Positions 13,347 through 27,530 are shown, counted from the stretch's first letter. The stretch is DNA of 64,000 nucleotides from Eledone cirrhosa (GCA_964016885.1 OZ024741.1:370016001-370080000); one strand, 5' to 3'. Notes: generated from the sequence alone by a model not told the origin. Numbers and translations are program-made.

Positions 13347-14012
13347 GCGATTTGAACACATATATGTATATGTCTGTGTCCGTTTTTCTTTTATATTCAA
13401 TTATAATATACGGCTCGGAAATATCTCTTTCTTAGAGCTATTTTGTTGTATGAGACTATTTTGAGTTCCTAACTCAATACATACCTTTGATATATTCGGC
13501 TCCGTTAATTTGTTGAGCTATTTCAAATGTCGAATAAACCTGGCTGCTATTTTTAGTGGTGTAGGTTTGTGAGACACGCTAAGATACCATGTGCGTTGTT
13601 ATATATAGCACACTATTCAATTTCTTAATATACTTAGAAGTGTCTAGGATACTAATTTGTCACCCACTGACGAGCAAGAATTGGTATTTTTATTCACAAT
13701 TAATTAGTATTGCGAAACAGCACCAAGCTTTCCGGGTGATCGGTAGTTACCACAATTCCGGTTTGTAGTTATTGTCTTGATTTTTTCTTAAACTAAGACA
13801 GGCAAACCCTATTGTCTATAGTTAGTATTCTTTTCACCTTAGCGAGTCTGGTCCCTTACGATTTGAACACATATATGTATATATCTGTTTTGGTTTTTCT
13901 TTTATATTCAATTATAATATAATATACGGCTCGGAAATATCTCTTTCTTAGAGCTATTTTATTGTAAGAGACTATTTTGAGTTTCTAACTCAATATATTA
14001 TACCTTTGATAT
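13341..14012 (+). mobile_element. Terminally redundant ~511-bp non-coding element with hammerhead (retrozyme/pLTR-like)
   Basis: 13341-13494 is repeated at 13852-14012. Central HHR; (TA)n flanks. Confidence 0.75.
13660..13739 (+). ncRNA. Type I hammerhead with a true stem III hairpin
   Basis: tcaccca-CTGACGA-GCAA...TTGC-GAAA-CAGC accaa GCTT-TC-cgggtga. Confidence 0.78.
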
Positions 14013-14017
14013 ATATA

Positions 14018-14600
14018 TATTGTTATACTTTGGGAGGGTCATATTGCCAATAAGAAACACACGCACCAGTTCATTTCACTCCAATTTATTATAAATTAAA
14101 TTTATAAATTTAAGAATTTATAAATTTCCGGTTGGTTGGTTGGTTCATATATTGTCAAAGTTCTTTCGTCACACATTCTGTGACCTCTTCAGTGACTGGG
14201 ATTCTTTTCTTTGTTTTTGTTCCCCTCCTTTGTTCTGTCCTACGCCATCTTCTTTGAAGATGGCATAGGACAGAACAAAGAGGTCACAAAGAAGATGGCG
14301 TAGGACAGAACAAAGGAGAGGTACAGAAACAAAGAAAAGAATTCCCAGTCACTGAAGAGGTCACAGAATGTGTGACGAAAGAACTTTGACAATATATGAA
14401 AAACCGTCCGGTTGTGGAACCAACCAACCAACCGGAATTTTATGAATTCTTAAATTTATAAATTTAATTTATAATAAATTGGAGTGAAAGCAACTGGTGC
14501 GTGTGTTTCTTATTGGCAACATGACCCTCCCAATGTATAACAATATCGGTTTCAACACACGTTTTCAGATAAAGAATCTTGCTAAACAAATTCAGAAACG
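14018..14600. mobile_element. Fold-back pLTR element (Nematis-related termini) with HHRs on both strands: 14154-14196(-) and 14348-14390(+)
   Basis: Arms 14018-14255 and 14286-14546 are inverted. Motif gtca-CTGAAGA-G-GTCACA gaatg TGTGAC-GAAA-GAAC-TT-tgac. Termini resemble 39225 and 45200. Confidence 0.85.
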
Positions 14601-15080
14601 ATATATATATATATATATACACACGTGTATATATATACACGTGTATATATATATAGACGTGTATATATAGATGCATTCCATCATGTATATAGTATGCTGT
14701 ATACGATACAAGACACAACATACCCAAGCATGAAGAAGTACAAGTCGTGAAAGAATGCATGCAAATATTTCAAAGGGAATTTTGACCATATACCAGAAAG
14801 ACAGATTAGTGGTATAGGCCACGAACACACGCAGATGTATTCTCAAAGAATCCTAATTTGACACACATACAAATAGACTCATACATTCATTTATACGAAC
14901 ATCATAACATATTTCTGGATGCAATACAACAAAATCATGAAAAATAATGATTAAAAAACATATCCTGCGTGATATATATATATATATATATGTTTATATG
15001 CATATGTTTTTATATATATATGTGTGTTTACATATATATATGTTTATATATATGTGTTTATATATATATATATATATGTT

Positions 15081-15116
<36 letters not shown>

Positions 15117-15595
15117 AAACAGATGCAGTCTAACATGCAAAACTCACATGTAATTGCTATGTTGTTTTACATGTTGGGCATATGCCATATTCCCATATCC
15201 TCATATTTTCATACTCTCATGTCCTAATGAGTCTTTCTTCAAAAAAGTCATCCATTCCGGATGTCTTTAAAGCCTAGTTTCCGGTTTATTAAACAGAGTA
15301 GCCCGTAGCCCGTCATGCGTTGCGAATGACTGTATTTTAAACAAGCAAAAGATTCAAATTAAGGGGAGACAAATAAAGCAACAAATAAATATATCGGCAC
15401 CCGCACCCCCACCGAAACCACCTACACTACACCAAACAAAAAACTGGTCGATGTTATTTTGGTCAAAAGTAGGACACGGCTGACCAATCATAAAAACGAT
15501 GGTTTTACACAAACAAACGATGTTTACTACATATTTTGGGGGAAATTGTAGGTTGAACGGTTGAACGTATCTTTGTGTGTGATTGTGTGTATACA

Positions 15596-15708
<113 letters not shown>

Positions 15709-16510
15709 TGTGTATGCGTTTGTGTATGTGTATATATGTATGTATGGATGTATATATGTGTGTATGCATGTATGTTTGTATATATATATATATATATATA
15801 ATCAGTGATTCATTGCCAAAGTATACACACGTACACACATGCATGTATAATATATATGTATATATGTATATAAAAGTGTATACGTATACATGTCTGTACA
15901 TGATAGCATGTCTATATACAAACATAAATATATTTAATATAGTAGAATTTTGCAATTCAAGTATCATTTAATGTATGTACACACACATACATACAAACAC
16001 AAACAGAAACATATACACACAGATATACGCATGTACCCACACACATACGCATACAAACACATTCAATTACGCACATGCGCATTCACACTCATGCAGACAG
16101 ATACTCACAGGCGCATACACACATAGACACATGCACACACATATTCAATCACACTCCCCATACACAGTACATGTATAAAATATATACAGAATTATTGTAA
16201 ATATTTTTAACAGAACGTGATCAAAATATATTATTCTTTATAGTAGTGGCTACAAATTAGCAGAGTCATTATGGCGTCAGATTAAAAATGCTTCGCCAAC
16301 TGTTGCGACTCAGTGGACTCTGTGTTTAAAATCCACCGAGGTACATTTTGCTTTTCTTGCTTTGAAGTTCGATAAATAAAGTACTAATCGTGCACCAGGA
16401 TCGATTTTTCTACAGAGGCCTATTTTCCTTTTAATAATTTCAAAGTCGATAAATATATTACCAGACCTCTTTCTCAGTTCCTCTTTCTCCTACACACTCT
16501 CTCCCTTTCA

Positions 16511-16588
<78 letters not shown>

Positions 16589-17682
16589 TTCTTTCTATCT
16601 CCTTCTCTTTCTCTCTATCTCTCTCTATTGGATTGAAAAGAAAGTACTTCCACCTTTTTTGTGATGATAAAGAACTATATTTCATTTAATGATAGTTAGA
16701 ATAATCCAGCAAGGTATGTTCTTTTTCGAAAACAATCCCATCTGGTGGGCGATTTATTATTTTCTGCGGACCTAAAGTTCTTTAGTCCTCCTTACTTAAC
16801 TCCCAAAACACTGCATGCCATTTTAAAACTCTTCATAACTTGTGAACTGTTACCCGACCATAAAATGTACAAATCTGAAACGGTGAAATCCTGTTGGATG
16901 AAAGTCCGGTGAATAGGACGAATGAGATACAAACTTGCATATTTAAAGCCACAGGATGTTCATGTGTATGTACATCGTACAGCTTAGGTTTATACAAGAC
17001 AGGAGATAAAAAGTACAGCCTCCTGCATAGTCTCGTCCTCTGTTGTGCCTTTGTTGTAGACGATGGTGCAACTACTACTAGGGTAGTGAGCCGGGTGGAG
17101 CCCAGGAATGGAGCACAGTTCGGCGTAGTAAATATTAATTGTTTTTACTTTAGGTACAAGGCCAGCAATTTGAAGGGAGGGGAAAGTCGATTAAATCAAC
17201 TCCCCTGTATTTTTGGTGCTTTATTTTATCGACCTCAGAGGATGAAACTTAAAGCTAACCTCGGCGTAGTAAATATTAATGATGCTATACCCGTTAGCCT
17301 ACTGGGACTCACAATGTTGTATCTTTGGTGGTTGCAATGTTTCCTGTAATACTAGCTCGATGTTATTGTTTGTGTTGGCACTGATATCGGTGTTTTGAAT
17401 CATTTCAAGGAAAATTATTTGGAATTATGTGAGTCCCATTCCTGAACAAGGCGGTGCGTTGTATTCCTGAGCAAAATACTTCTTCTGCCAGGAGTTTCGG
17501 CGAGTAGATAATATTAGCAATGGAAAGATCATTGAAAATATTGGTCCCTTGGTCCGATTTCATGATTGGATATATATATATATATATATATATAGTAATA
17601 ATAATAAATTTGAAGACTAAATTCCAAAGAGGGCTCGATAAGGATAAATATATATCAGATATATGAGAACCGTAGCGCAAAT

Positions 17683-17839
<157 letters not shown>

Positions 17840-18067
17840 TAAAGGTAAATTCATTCTGATTTATATTTTAATTATTATGCGTCTACCTCGCCTTCTAGTT
17901 TATAGATTCCATACACTGGTGGTTTTCCCCTGTATATTGATAAACACACACTCTCTCTCGTGTCTTATATTTTCTATATATTATATTTGAAGAGCCCAGG
18001 ATTATTTTTCCTTTGAGCTCATAAATTACAGGGACTAACGTGAGCCTATAACTCCGTTAATTTATTT

Positions 18068-18273
<206 letters not shown>

Positions 18274-18339
18274 TATAATATATAATATATATATAATATA
18301 TATATAATATATATATGTATGTATATATATATGTGTATG

Positions 18340-18429
<90 letters not shown>

Positions 18430-18444
18430 ATATATATGTGTATG

Positions 18445-18505
<61 letters not shown>

Positions 18506-18554
18506 GTATGTATATATATATATATGTATATGTATATATATGTATGTATGTATG

Positions 18555-19162
18555 TCAGGTCACCAGTTGGTGCTACTGGTAACATGTATCCCAGTACAAC
18601 CTGTCCCATGGTCGAGTCGTTGGCGACTAAACTGGCAACCCAACCAAAGTTTCTTGGTGAGGAGGGTGACTTTGGACATCCTGCAGGACTAAAAACAAAA
18701 CCTGTCAAAGGGCAAAGGAGCTCTTAAGAGTCAATGGCCATCCAAAATCACCTGGTGAGATGACCCCTTAGCCTTTGTCAAGGCAGAATTCTAGGAGAAG
18801 GAAAACTCTGATATAACACCTGCAACCCTGATGGTATCCAATGATGTTGACTTGTTCTTCTTTTTGGTAAATATCATCTTGGTTAAGAGAGTGGGACTGG
18901 CTTTGTGCAGTGCCTTTGCTCACTATAAAAGCTTCACGGCACAGGCATTGCTTTATATCTGGAGATCTCTCTGCACTTGTCGTCACATGGTACCATGGGC
19001 CCAGCACTATGTGTCAATAATTGTCACAAGTGTAGTGTTTGTACCAGAGTTTTCAAGTCGTTGGCTGGACTAAAGAGTCACACTCGTTCAGCGCATCGGT
19101 AGGGGTTCTCCTACATGGATATAAAGTAGTGGGCGTACTCGAAAACGAGTTGACAACTACCA
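18555..19162 (+). mobile_element. Non-autonomous RTE-derived element (UTR-like 5' part + 3' end with C2H2 finger remnant)
   Basis: The 3' part encodes CSVCTRVFKSLAGLKSHTRSAHR*. The 5' part is homologous to 40515-40870 and 57475-57690. Confidence 0.6.
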
Positions 19163-19578
19163 TATGTATATATATTTATAGCTAGATCGATAGCTAGTAT
19201 TAGCTATGGAAATACAATCTTTCTTCTGGTAGAAAATGTGACTGGCAGAAAGTATCGGTATGGAAAAAGGAATGGAAACATCTAAATATCGTCACCTTTT
19301 CTTTATAATCAGCATATATCTATATTTCTATGTTGGTAACACCTTTCTGATTGACAGGAGAAGCTCACCTTCGCAATATTGACTGGTGAAAGGAGGTCAA
19401 TGAAGGACATTATCACCCTGTCTCCCCCCTCTCTCTCACACTCACTTTCTCTTTCTCTCTCTCACTCACTTTCTCTCATACTCTCTCTCTCTCTCTCTCT
19501 CTCTTTCACTACGTATTCACTGTCACATTTACCATCTCATTACAGACCAAAAGAAAAATCTATACATACATACATACA

Positions 19579-19635
<57 letters not shown>

Positions 19636-19721
19636 AAAAATTGAACGGGAACAAAACAGAGAGGGAGTACGAACAAAGGTTTATTAGTGTCACGCTCTTG
19701 AGAGTGGGGTGGGGGTGGGGA

Positions 19722-19753
19722 ACGACGTTTCGGGCATAAGCCCTTCTTCAGGT
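19722..19753 (-). ncRNA. Minimal type I hammerhead of the PLE pLTR
   Basis: ac-CTGAAGA-A-GGGC-TTAT-GCCC-GAAA-CG-TC-gt. Confidence 0.8.
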
Positions 19754-21249
19754 GAAAAGTGTGGGGGAAGAGAGTTCCAAGGGTGTGTAGGGGAGTGGTG
19801 GAGAGACATATAGAAAAAAGGGGGTGAGAGGAAACGGTACAAATGAAATTAAATATAAAAGCATAATAAAAATAAAAATAAACATGAAGTAAAACAGGTG
19901 GTGGAAGGGTGTGGGGCGTGTTGGGTGGTGGCGGGTGGAGTGGGGAGAGGGAGGCGGGGTGTCCGAGCGGGGAGGGCTGAAGGTGGTGTGTATGTGTAGG
20001 TGTACGTGTGTGTGTGTGTGTATGTGAAAGTAAGAGTTGGGGGAAGAACGGGGTTGCATGTTCAGGAAGAGGTGTGTGTGGGGTGGGGTGTAGGTCGGAG
20101 TGTATGTGCGTGTGTGGATGGGGAGGGGTCAGAGGGGTGGGGGGAGAGGATTCCGGAGGCTGAGTGTGTAAATATGTGGTGGTGCGCACATGTGTGTGTG
20201 GTGTTTATACGTGTTGTGGATGTAGGTGGCGTGTGGGAAAAAAACTTTTTTGAGTGTATGTCAGTGGGTGAGTCCTTAATGTAGTTCCGTAGAGGATGTG
20301 GTGGAATGCTGGGTAATATCCTTGGGATGTGGTGGATTCTAGGGATCGATGTTCAATATGTGTAATCCGTGGTTGGAAGAGGGGAGATGTGGGGTGCGCG
20401 CGCAACAGGAAGTCGTCAGAGGGTCAGGGCAGGAGGAGGGTTGTGTGTCTGTGTGTGCGGGGAGGTAGTCCGAGATAAGGGCATAGCAGCAGTCGGGTAG
20501 AATGGTAAGTGTAGAAAGTCGGTGTGTCAGTATGTGCGGAGGTGCGGTGGACAGGGGAGAGGAAGGATAGGTGTGAAAGTTGGAGTGGGAGGGTGTGTGT
20601 GTGTATTAGTAGAGGTGTTAGTGGGATGTGTGTGTGTGTGAGAAAGGGTGTGATTGGAGCGGGGAGAGAAGGGTGTGGGGGTCGATGGAGGGAGTGTAGT
20701 GTACTGGTGTGTGTGTACGTGTTTGGATGAGTGTGTGTGTGGTGAAGGGGGTGTTAGTGAGTGTTAGTATACTGGAGGTGGGGAAAGGGTTGAATGCGGG
20801 TGTGAGTGAGGGTCAGTGGTGGTAGGGTGTGTAGAGTGGGTGGTGTAAGAGGGTGTGTGTGTTCGTGTGCGTAGGGTTGAGGGGTGTTAGTGATGTTAGT
20901 TGCGTGTAGAGCGGGTGGTGTAAGTGGGTGTGTGTGTTCGTGTGCGTGATGTCGGGGGATGTTAGTGACGTTAGTTGCGGGGTGGTGGGGTGGATGTGTG
21001 GGGGTGAGTGTTAGTGGTGGTAGTATGGTGTGTGTTTAGTGTGAGCGCGTGTATATATGTACCGGTGGGTGTGTGCGTGTGATAAGGGGAGGGGGGAGAA
21101 GAAGGGAGGGATGTTAGTATGTTAGTTGGGGAAGGGTGGTCGGGTGTGGGGTGGAGGTGTTAGTATTGTTAGTTGTGGGGTGGGCGGTGAAAAGGAGGGG
21201 TGTGTTAGTGGTGTTAGTGGTGTTAGTGGGGGATATGTGTGGGGGGAGG

Positions 21250-23405
21250 GGGGAGGTCGAAGGCTAAAGGAATAAGGGTGGGGAGTTCAGGCCGGGGGGA
21301 GTGTGGGTCTGTAGGGTGAAGATGGTTCGTTGTTCGACCCAGAGGAGAGTGGCGGGTGTTCCGTGGCATTGGAGTAGGCCACAGACTGTGAGGTGGTGTG
21401 CGGAATGTCCAGGGGCACCAAAGTGGCGGGCGATGGGGGAACTACCACCGAGACGAATATCTCGGAGGTGTTCAGTAAACCGGTCCGCCAGGCGACGTCC
21501 AGTCTGTCCGAAGTAGGTTGAGCTACACTCCGTGCAGCGAAGTCCGTAGACTAGGCTGGAAGAGGTGCAGCGGAAGGCATGCCGGACAGAGAGAGAGTGG
21601 CCGTTGGGACCCTGGGAGGTGGTGGTGTTGGTGATGTGGGGACAGGTGTTGCAGCGGGGCTGGGAACAGGGAAGGGAACCGGGGGGGGGGAAGAGAGCGT
21701 GGGTTGGAGGGCAGGGAGCTGTGGACGAGGAGGGTGCGGAGATTGCGTGCGCGTTTGAAGGAGGGAGTGGTGGGGCTGGGAAAATGTGGGAGGTGGAGGG
21801 GTCGGACTGGAGGCGTCGGAAGAGGCGGAGGATGGTCCGGTGGAGGGGTGGTAGGTGATGGGGAAGGGGAGACGGAGGGTGGGTGTGCGGTGGCGTAGGG
21901 TGAGGGTGGTGGAGCGGTGGACAGCACGGTTGTGGGTGAGAGCGGTGTGGACGAGAGAGGGGGGTAACCTCTGCGGATGAAATGGCTGACTAGGGAAAGG
22001 GCCTGGGACTCAAAGTCAGCATCTCGGCTACAGAGGCGGCAGATCCTGAGGAGTTGGGAGTAGGGAATAGAGTGTTAGTGTGTGTAGAGTGGGAAGAGGT
22101 GAAGTCGAGGTAGGAGTGGGAGTCGGTGGGTTTGAAGAAGGCGGAGGTGACGAAGGAGTGGTGGGAGGGGTCGAAGGCCACGGAGATGTCTAAGAAGTGG
22201 ACGTGGGTGGTGGAGATAGAGGTGGTGAAGTGGAGGGAGGGGTGGAAGGAGCAGAAGAAGGAGAGAAAGGAGTCGAGCTGTTCTCGGGTGAGGGTCGTGG
22301 CTCCGCTACAGTCGTCGATGTAACGACCGTACAGTTCGGGCGTGGGCCGGTGTACTGGTCAAAGATTTGGGCCTCAACATGGCCAACAAAAAGGTTGGCA
22401 TAGTTTGGGCCCATTCTTGTACCCATGGCTACCCCCGTGACCTGTTGGTAAAACTCACCCGAGAAGGAGAAACAGTTGAGGGTGAGGACCAGCTCGGTGA
22501 GGCGAAGGAGGGTGGGGGTGGAGGGGATGGGGGAGGGGCGAAGGTCGAGGTAGTGCTTGAGGGCACGTAGGCCGTCGGCGTGGGGGATGAAGGTATAGAG
22601 GGACTTGATGTCTAGGGTGAAGAGGAAGGGCTGTGGGCCGAGTGGGTAGGTGAAGGAGTCGAAAAGGCGCAGAGCGTGGTTGGTGTCGGAGATGTGGGAG
22701 GGGAGGGTGGTGACAAGGGGGGCGAGGATGGAGTCAAGAAAGGCGGAGATGAGTTCGGTGGGGCAGTTGCAAGCGGAGACGATGGGCGGCCGGGGTTGTC
22801 GGGTTTGTGGAGTTTGGGGAAGAAGTAGATGGTGGGGGTGCGGGGGGTGCGGACGATGAGGTGGGAAGCGGTGGGGTGGGGGGAGGGAGGAGGAGACAAG
22901 GTGTTGGATGGTGGAGGAAACTTGTTGTTGGTAGAGGAGTGTGGGATCGGAGGGTAGAGGGCGGTAGAAGAGGGGGTTACGGAGCTGCCTGAGGGCTTCG
23001 GCCGTGTAGTGGTCCGCGCGCCACACCACCACGGCGCCTCCCTTGTCCGCCGATTTGATGACGATGTCATCTCGGCTACGGAGGGAGTGGAGAGCGAGGA
23101 GTTCGCCCCGTGAGATGTTATTCCGTTTGGAACGGTGGCGGAAGTCGAAACGATTTACGGCGCTACGGCTGGCCTCGACGAAGGCGTCCAGGGTGCTAAA
23201 TTGCCCTGGGGCCGGCGTCCAAGAAGATGGTCGTCGGCCCAGGGCGAGAAACGAGTCTGGGGCGTTCGGAGCCGGTGGCGTTTGACCGAAATGTGCATGT
23301 AGCTTTGTGCTACGCACGAATCGTTCGACTTCCGTTCGGGTGCGGAACTCGTCGCTGTGCGGAGTGTGGGGTATGAAGCGAAGGAGTGAGCGGTCAGGTG
23401 CGGAG
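21250..23405 (-). pseudogene. PLE RT + GIY-YIG polyprotein with several frameshifts
   Basis: IKSADKGGAVVV, PKLHK, IVSACNCPTE, TLDIKSLYT, GVAMGTRMGPNYANLF, RYIDD, KPTDSHSYL, CTSSSLVYGLRCTECSSTYFGQTGRRLADRFTEH, PIARHF, PPGLN. Confidence 0.9.
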
Positions 23406-23406
23406 A

Positions 23407-23472
<66 letters not shown>

Positions 23473-23611
23473 TAATAATAATAAATTTGAAGACTAATAT
23501 ATATATATATAATCACACATATACATATATGTATATATATATTCACATATATACATACAATATGTATATGTATGTATATATATTATATATATACACACAC
23601 ACACACATATG

Positions 23612-23642
<31 letters not shown>

Positions 23643-23738
23643 CGCACACACATATGTATATATTATATATATATATATACATATGGATATTGATATATGA
23701 TATGATATATATATGATATGATATGATATGATATGATA

Positions 23739-23796
<58 letters not shown>

Positions 23797-24118
23797 ATGT
23801 CATATATAATTCACTGAAGAAAATTGAATTTAAAACACTTTTGCATATAAAAGTCATCATGAAATGTTATTATTGAAATAATTCTCTCTCCTATTCTATT
23901 TAGGTTGTATTTATGGCAAATAGAATTAACATCCAGGTGCCAGACCTATGTCTACGATATACTGGCGAATATCAGATTTATTTCTGTGGCAACTATAATG
24001 GCGACGATTAGATTGTGTCACGTTTAATAGTACGGAAATTTACGGATGTAAACACACATACATACAGTTTACATTATATATATATTAATGCTTATATGCC
24101 TATATATATCTATATATC

Positions 24119-24178
<60 letters not shown>

Positions 24179-24209
24179 TATGTGTGTGTGTATATATATA
24201 TATGTATGT

Positions 24210-24261
<52 letters not shown>

Positions 24262-24271
24262 TATATATTTA

Positions 24272-24420
24272 AATAATTGTTTCTACTTTAGGCACAAGGC
24301 CAGCAATACCCCAGTGCATTACTGATACTTTATTTTATCGACCCCGTAAGGATGAAAGGTAAAGTCAACCTCGGCGGGATTTGAACTCAGATCGTAAAGG
24401 GACGTAACTATGCTGGAATA
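24272..24420 (-). mobile_element. MetaSINE-like fragment
   Basis: Reverse complement of the SINE consensus. Confidence 0.8.
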
Positions 24421-24445
24421 ATATATGTATATATATATAAATATA

Positions 24446-24606
24446 ATATATTGAAATAAAATAAAGCTCCCTTCAAGCCTGATGTATTATGTACCTTACT
24501 TTAGTCTTAGTGCCCTCCCCCGCCTCCGGTCGTCAACAGAACACCATTCTACCGTGCATACACATGCGTATACAAACACACACATATATATACATACACA
24601 CACACT

Positions 24607-24665
<59 letters not shown>

Positions 24666-24872
24666 ATATATATTATATATATATATATGTGTGTTTGTGT
24701 GTGGGTGTGTGTGTGTGTATATATGTGTGTGTGTGTGTGTGTTTGTATACATATGTGTATGCACGGTAGAATGGTGTTCTGTTGACGACCGGAGACGGGG
24801 GAGGGCGCTAAGACTAAAGTAAGGTACATAATACATCAGGCTTGAAGGGAGCTTTATTTTATTTCAATATAT
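24446..24872. repeat. Fold-back element: ~140-bp inverted arms around a microsatellite loop
   Basis: 24446-24585 is a near-exact reverse complement of 24735-24872. Confidence 0.9.
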
Positions 24873-25180
24873 AGGCCCTGCTATCCATCCATCCATAGGT
24901 ACATATATACGTATATATGTATATAGAGAAAGGGAGAGAGAGAGAGAGAAAGAAAGGAGAGGGAGAAAGAGAGTAAGAGAGAGGGTGTGTAAGAGAGAGT
25001 GAGAGGGGGGAAGAGAGAGAGCGCGCGCGAGAAAGAGGGACAGAAAGTGTATGAGAGAGTGAGAAAGAGAGAGAGAAAGTGAGAATGAAAGAGGGAGAGA
25101 GAGAGAGAGATAGAGATAGATAGAGAGATAGATAGAGAGATAGATAGATAGAGAGAGAGAGAGTGAGAGAGAGAGAGAGA

Positions 25181-25221
<41 letters not shown>

Positions 25222-25498
25222 AGAGAGAGAGAGAGAACCATTTGTATGCGTGCGTAGTTTGTATGTAGTTTAATGGAGAGAAACATTTTTTCTTAAAAGA
25301 ATTTTAGGAAAGACACATTTTCATATTATACATATATATATATGTATAATGTGTATATATATATATGTATGATGTGTATATATATGTATGTATAGAAGCC
25401 ATTTCTATATTAAATAATTATACTCTGCTATATATTGAGTACCTTACTGTGGTTACCCCCGAATGAACCTGGATAAACTTATATATATATATATATAT

Positions 25499-25902
25499 AT
25501 AAGAGGGCAATCCCAAAAGTAAGGTTTTCAAAGCGATGGGGACGCAGAGAAACTGATCGTACGGCTGGCTGTTGGCAACACTGTTGTGATTGGTGCTTCC
25601 TTCACTCCCAAACAAGCTTGCGCGTGCTTCGTTGGGATGCTCAATCTTGGCTTGGCAGCCGTTAAGAATGGAGCTCCCGTTGGACGCTAACGCCAAGTGC
25701 GAATTATATACAAGTGCAGTTATTATATACAAGGGCAATCCCAAAAGTAAGGTCTCTTTCCGAGGAAAACATGCATAAAGATCGGCGGATCACTCTGGTT
25801 GCTCTCTGCATTTTGATTCCCGAGGTTTCCCGAAGCACCATCCACAGGATTTTAACGGAAAAGTTGCAATATCGGAAGAAGACCTTACTTTTGGGATTGC
25901 CT

Positions 25903-25906
<4 letters not shown>
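25499..25906 (+). mobile_element. Internally deleted mariner element with a duplicated left TIR
   Basis: TIR agggcaatcccaaaagtaaggt at 25504 and 25732, inverted at ~25882-25903. Internal DRRIT....[17 protein letters not shown] is a transposase HTH remnant. TA flanks. Confidence 0.8.
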
Positions 25907-25979
<73 letters not shown>

Positions 25980-26350
25980 TTGTGTATGTATATATATATA
26001 TATATATTATGTATCAAAATGATAGAATATTCTAGAATGCCATGATGCCACCATACCCAGGATGGTGAGATGTCAGACTACCAGGGGACCCTAGAATGCT
26101 AGAATGCCAGACTGACCCAAAGCATCAGAATGCAAGAATGCTTTTGGATTTTGTCGCCCCTACAGCCCCCTCTCTCTCATTATCTCTTTGTCTATCCCCC
26201 TCTCTCTCTCCCTCTCCATCTCTCATTCTCTATTTTTTATTACATATATAATTATTTCTTCTACTTTGGAATGAATCATATACATACACATACACACAGA
26301 GAAATATATGCATGCACACAGACATACATACACACACACACACCCACACA

Positions 26351-26431
<81 letters not shown>

Positions 26432-26514
26432 TATCATAGCTTGTATCGAGTACGACTTTGATTTGTGGTCTTCCCTGTCCCCGTATATATATATATATAA
26501 TATATACATGTATG

Positions 26515-26612
<98 letters not shown>

Positions 26613-26900
26613 CACATACACTTAATGCATGTTTGTGCATTCCCGTGTTGTGTTTTGTTGTGTCGGGATTTGATTTAATAAGAAGGGAAGGGTTCGGTGT
26701 AGGGTTCAAATCTCTTTTGTTTGGTGTTGTGGTAATAGCAACGGAAGGCTTGGCTAGTCCATTAGTCCCACCCTATAAAGGGGACAAGGGATGTGTTACG
26801 GAGGAATTATTGGGAATCTATGACAATTGTACAACATATTAATTAGTTCCGCTTGAATTCTGAAACATTTTTCATGCTGCATCATGGCAGTCAATTTGGC

Positions 26901-27325
26901 GGTGTGGCGGTATGGCTGTGTAGTCGGTGTGGCGGTATGGCTGTGTAGTCGGTGTGGCGGTATGGCTGTGTAGTCGGTGTGGCGGTATGGCTGTGTAGTC
27001 GGTGTGGCGGTATGGCTGTGTAGTCGGTGTGGCGGTATGGCTGTGTAGTCGGTGTGGCGGTATGGCTGTGTAGTCGGTGTGGCGGTATGGCTGTGTAGTC
27101 GGTGTGGCGGTATGGCTGTGTAGTCGGTGTGGCGGTATGGCTGTGTAGTCGGTGTGGCGGTATGGCTGTGTAGTCGGTGTGGCGGTATGGCTGTGTAGTC
27201 GGTGTGGCGGTATGGCTGTGTAGTCGGTGTGGCGGTATGGCTGTGTAGTCGGTGTGGCGGTATGGCTGTGTAGTCGGTGTGGCGGTATGGCTGTGTAGTC
27301 GGTGTGGCGGTATGGCTGTGTAGTC
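26901..27325. repeat. Minisatellite, 17 apparently identical copies of the 25-mer ggtgtggcggtatggctgtgtagtc
   Basis: Direct reading; no spacers. Confidence 0.97.
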
Positions 27326-27450
27326 GGGGTGTCAGTACGCCGGTGTGGTGGAGGCTTTTGTGGGTTTCCTATATAAAATCCCACGATCTATCTATCTGGC
27401 TATCTATCCACATAAATATATATATATACACACACATATCTACATATATA

Positions 27451-27530
<80 letters not shown>

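Larger units (their letters stand above)
19633..23410 (-). mobile_element. Neptune-like Penelope-like element, 5'-truncated, GC-rich, flanked by (TA)n
   Basis: RT and GIY-YIG coding region, ~1.6 kb 3' region and terminal HHR. Confidence 0.9.

Noticed and set aside
16890-16935. GTCC...GGAC-GAAT hammerhead-like stem II
   Set aside because: Both core boxes are non-canonical.
26901-27325. CRISPR-like array
   Set aside because: Units are contiguous with no spacers, there are no cas genes, and the context is eukaryotic.
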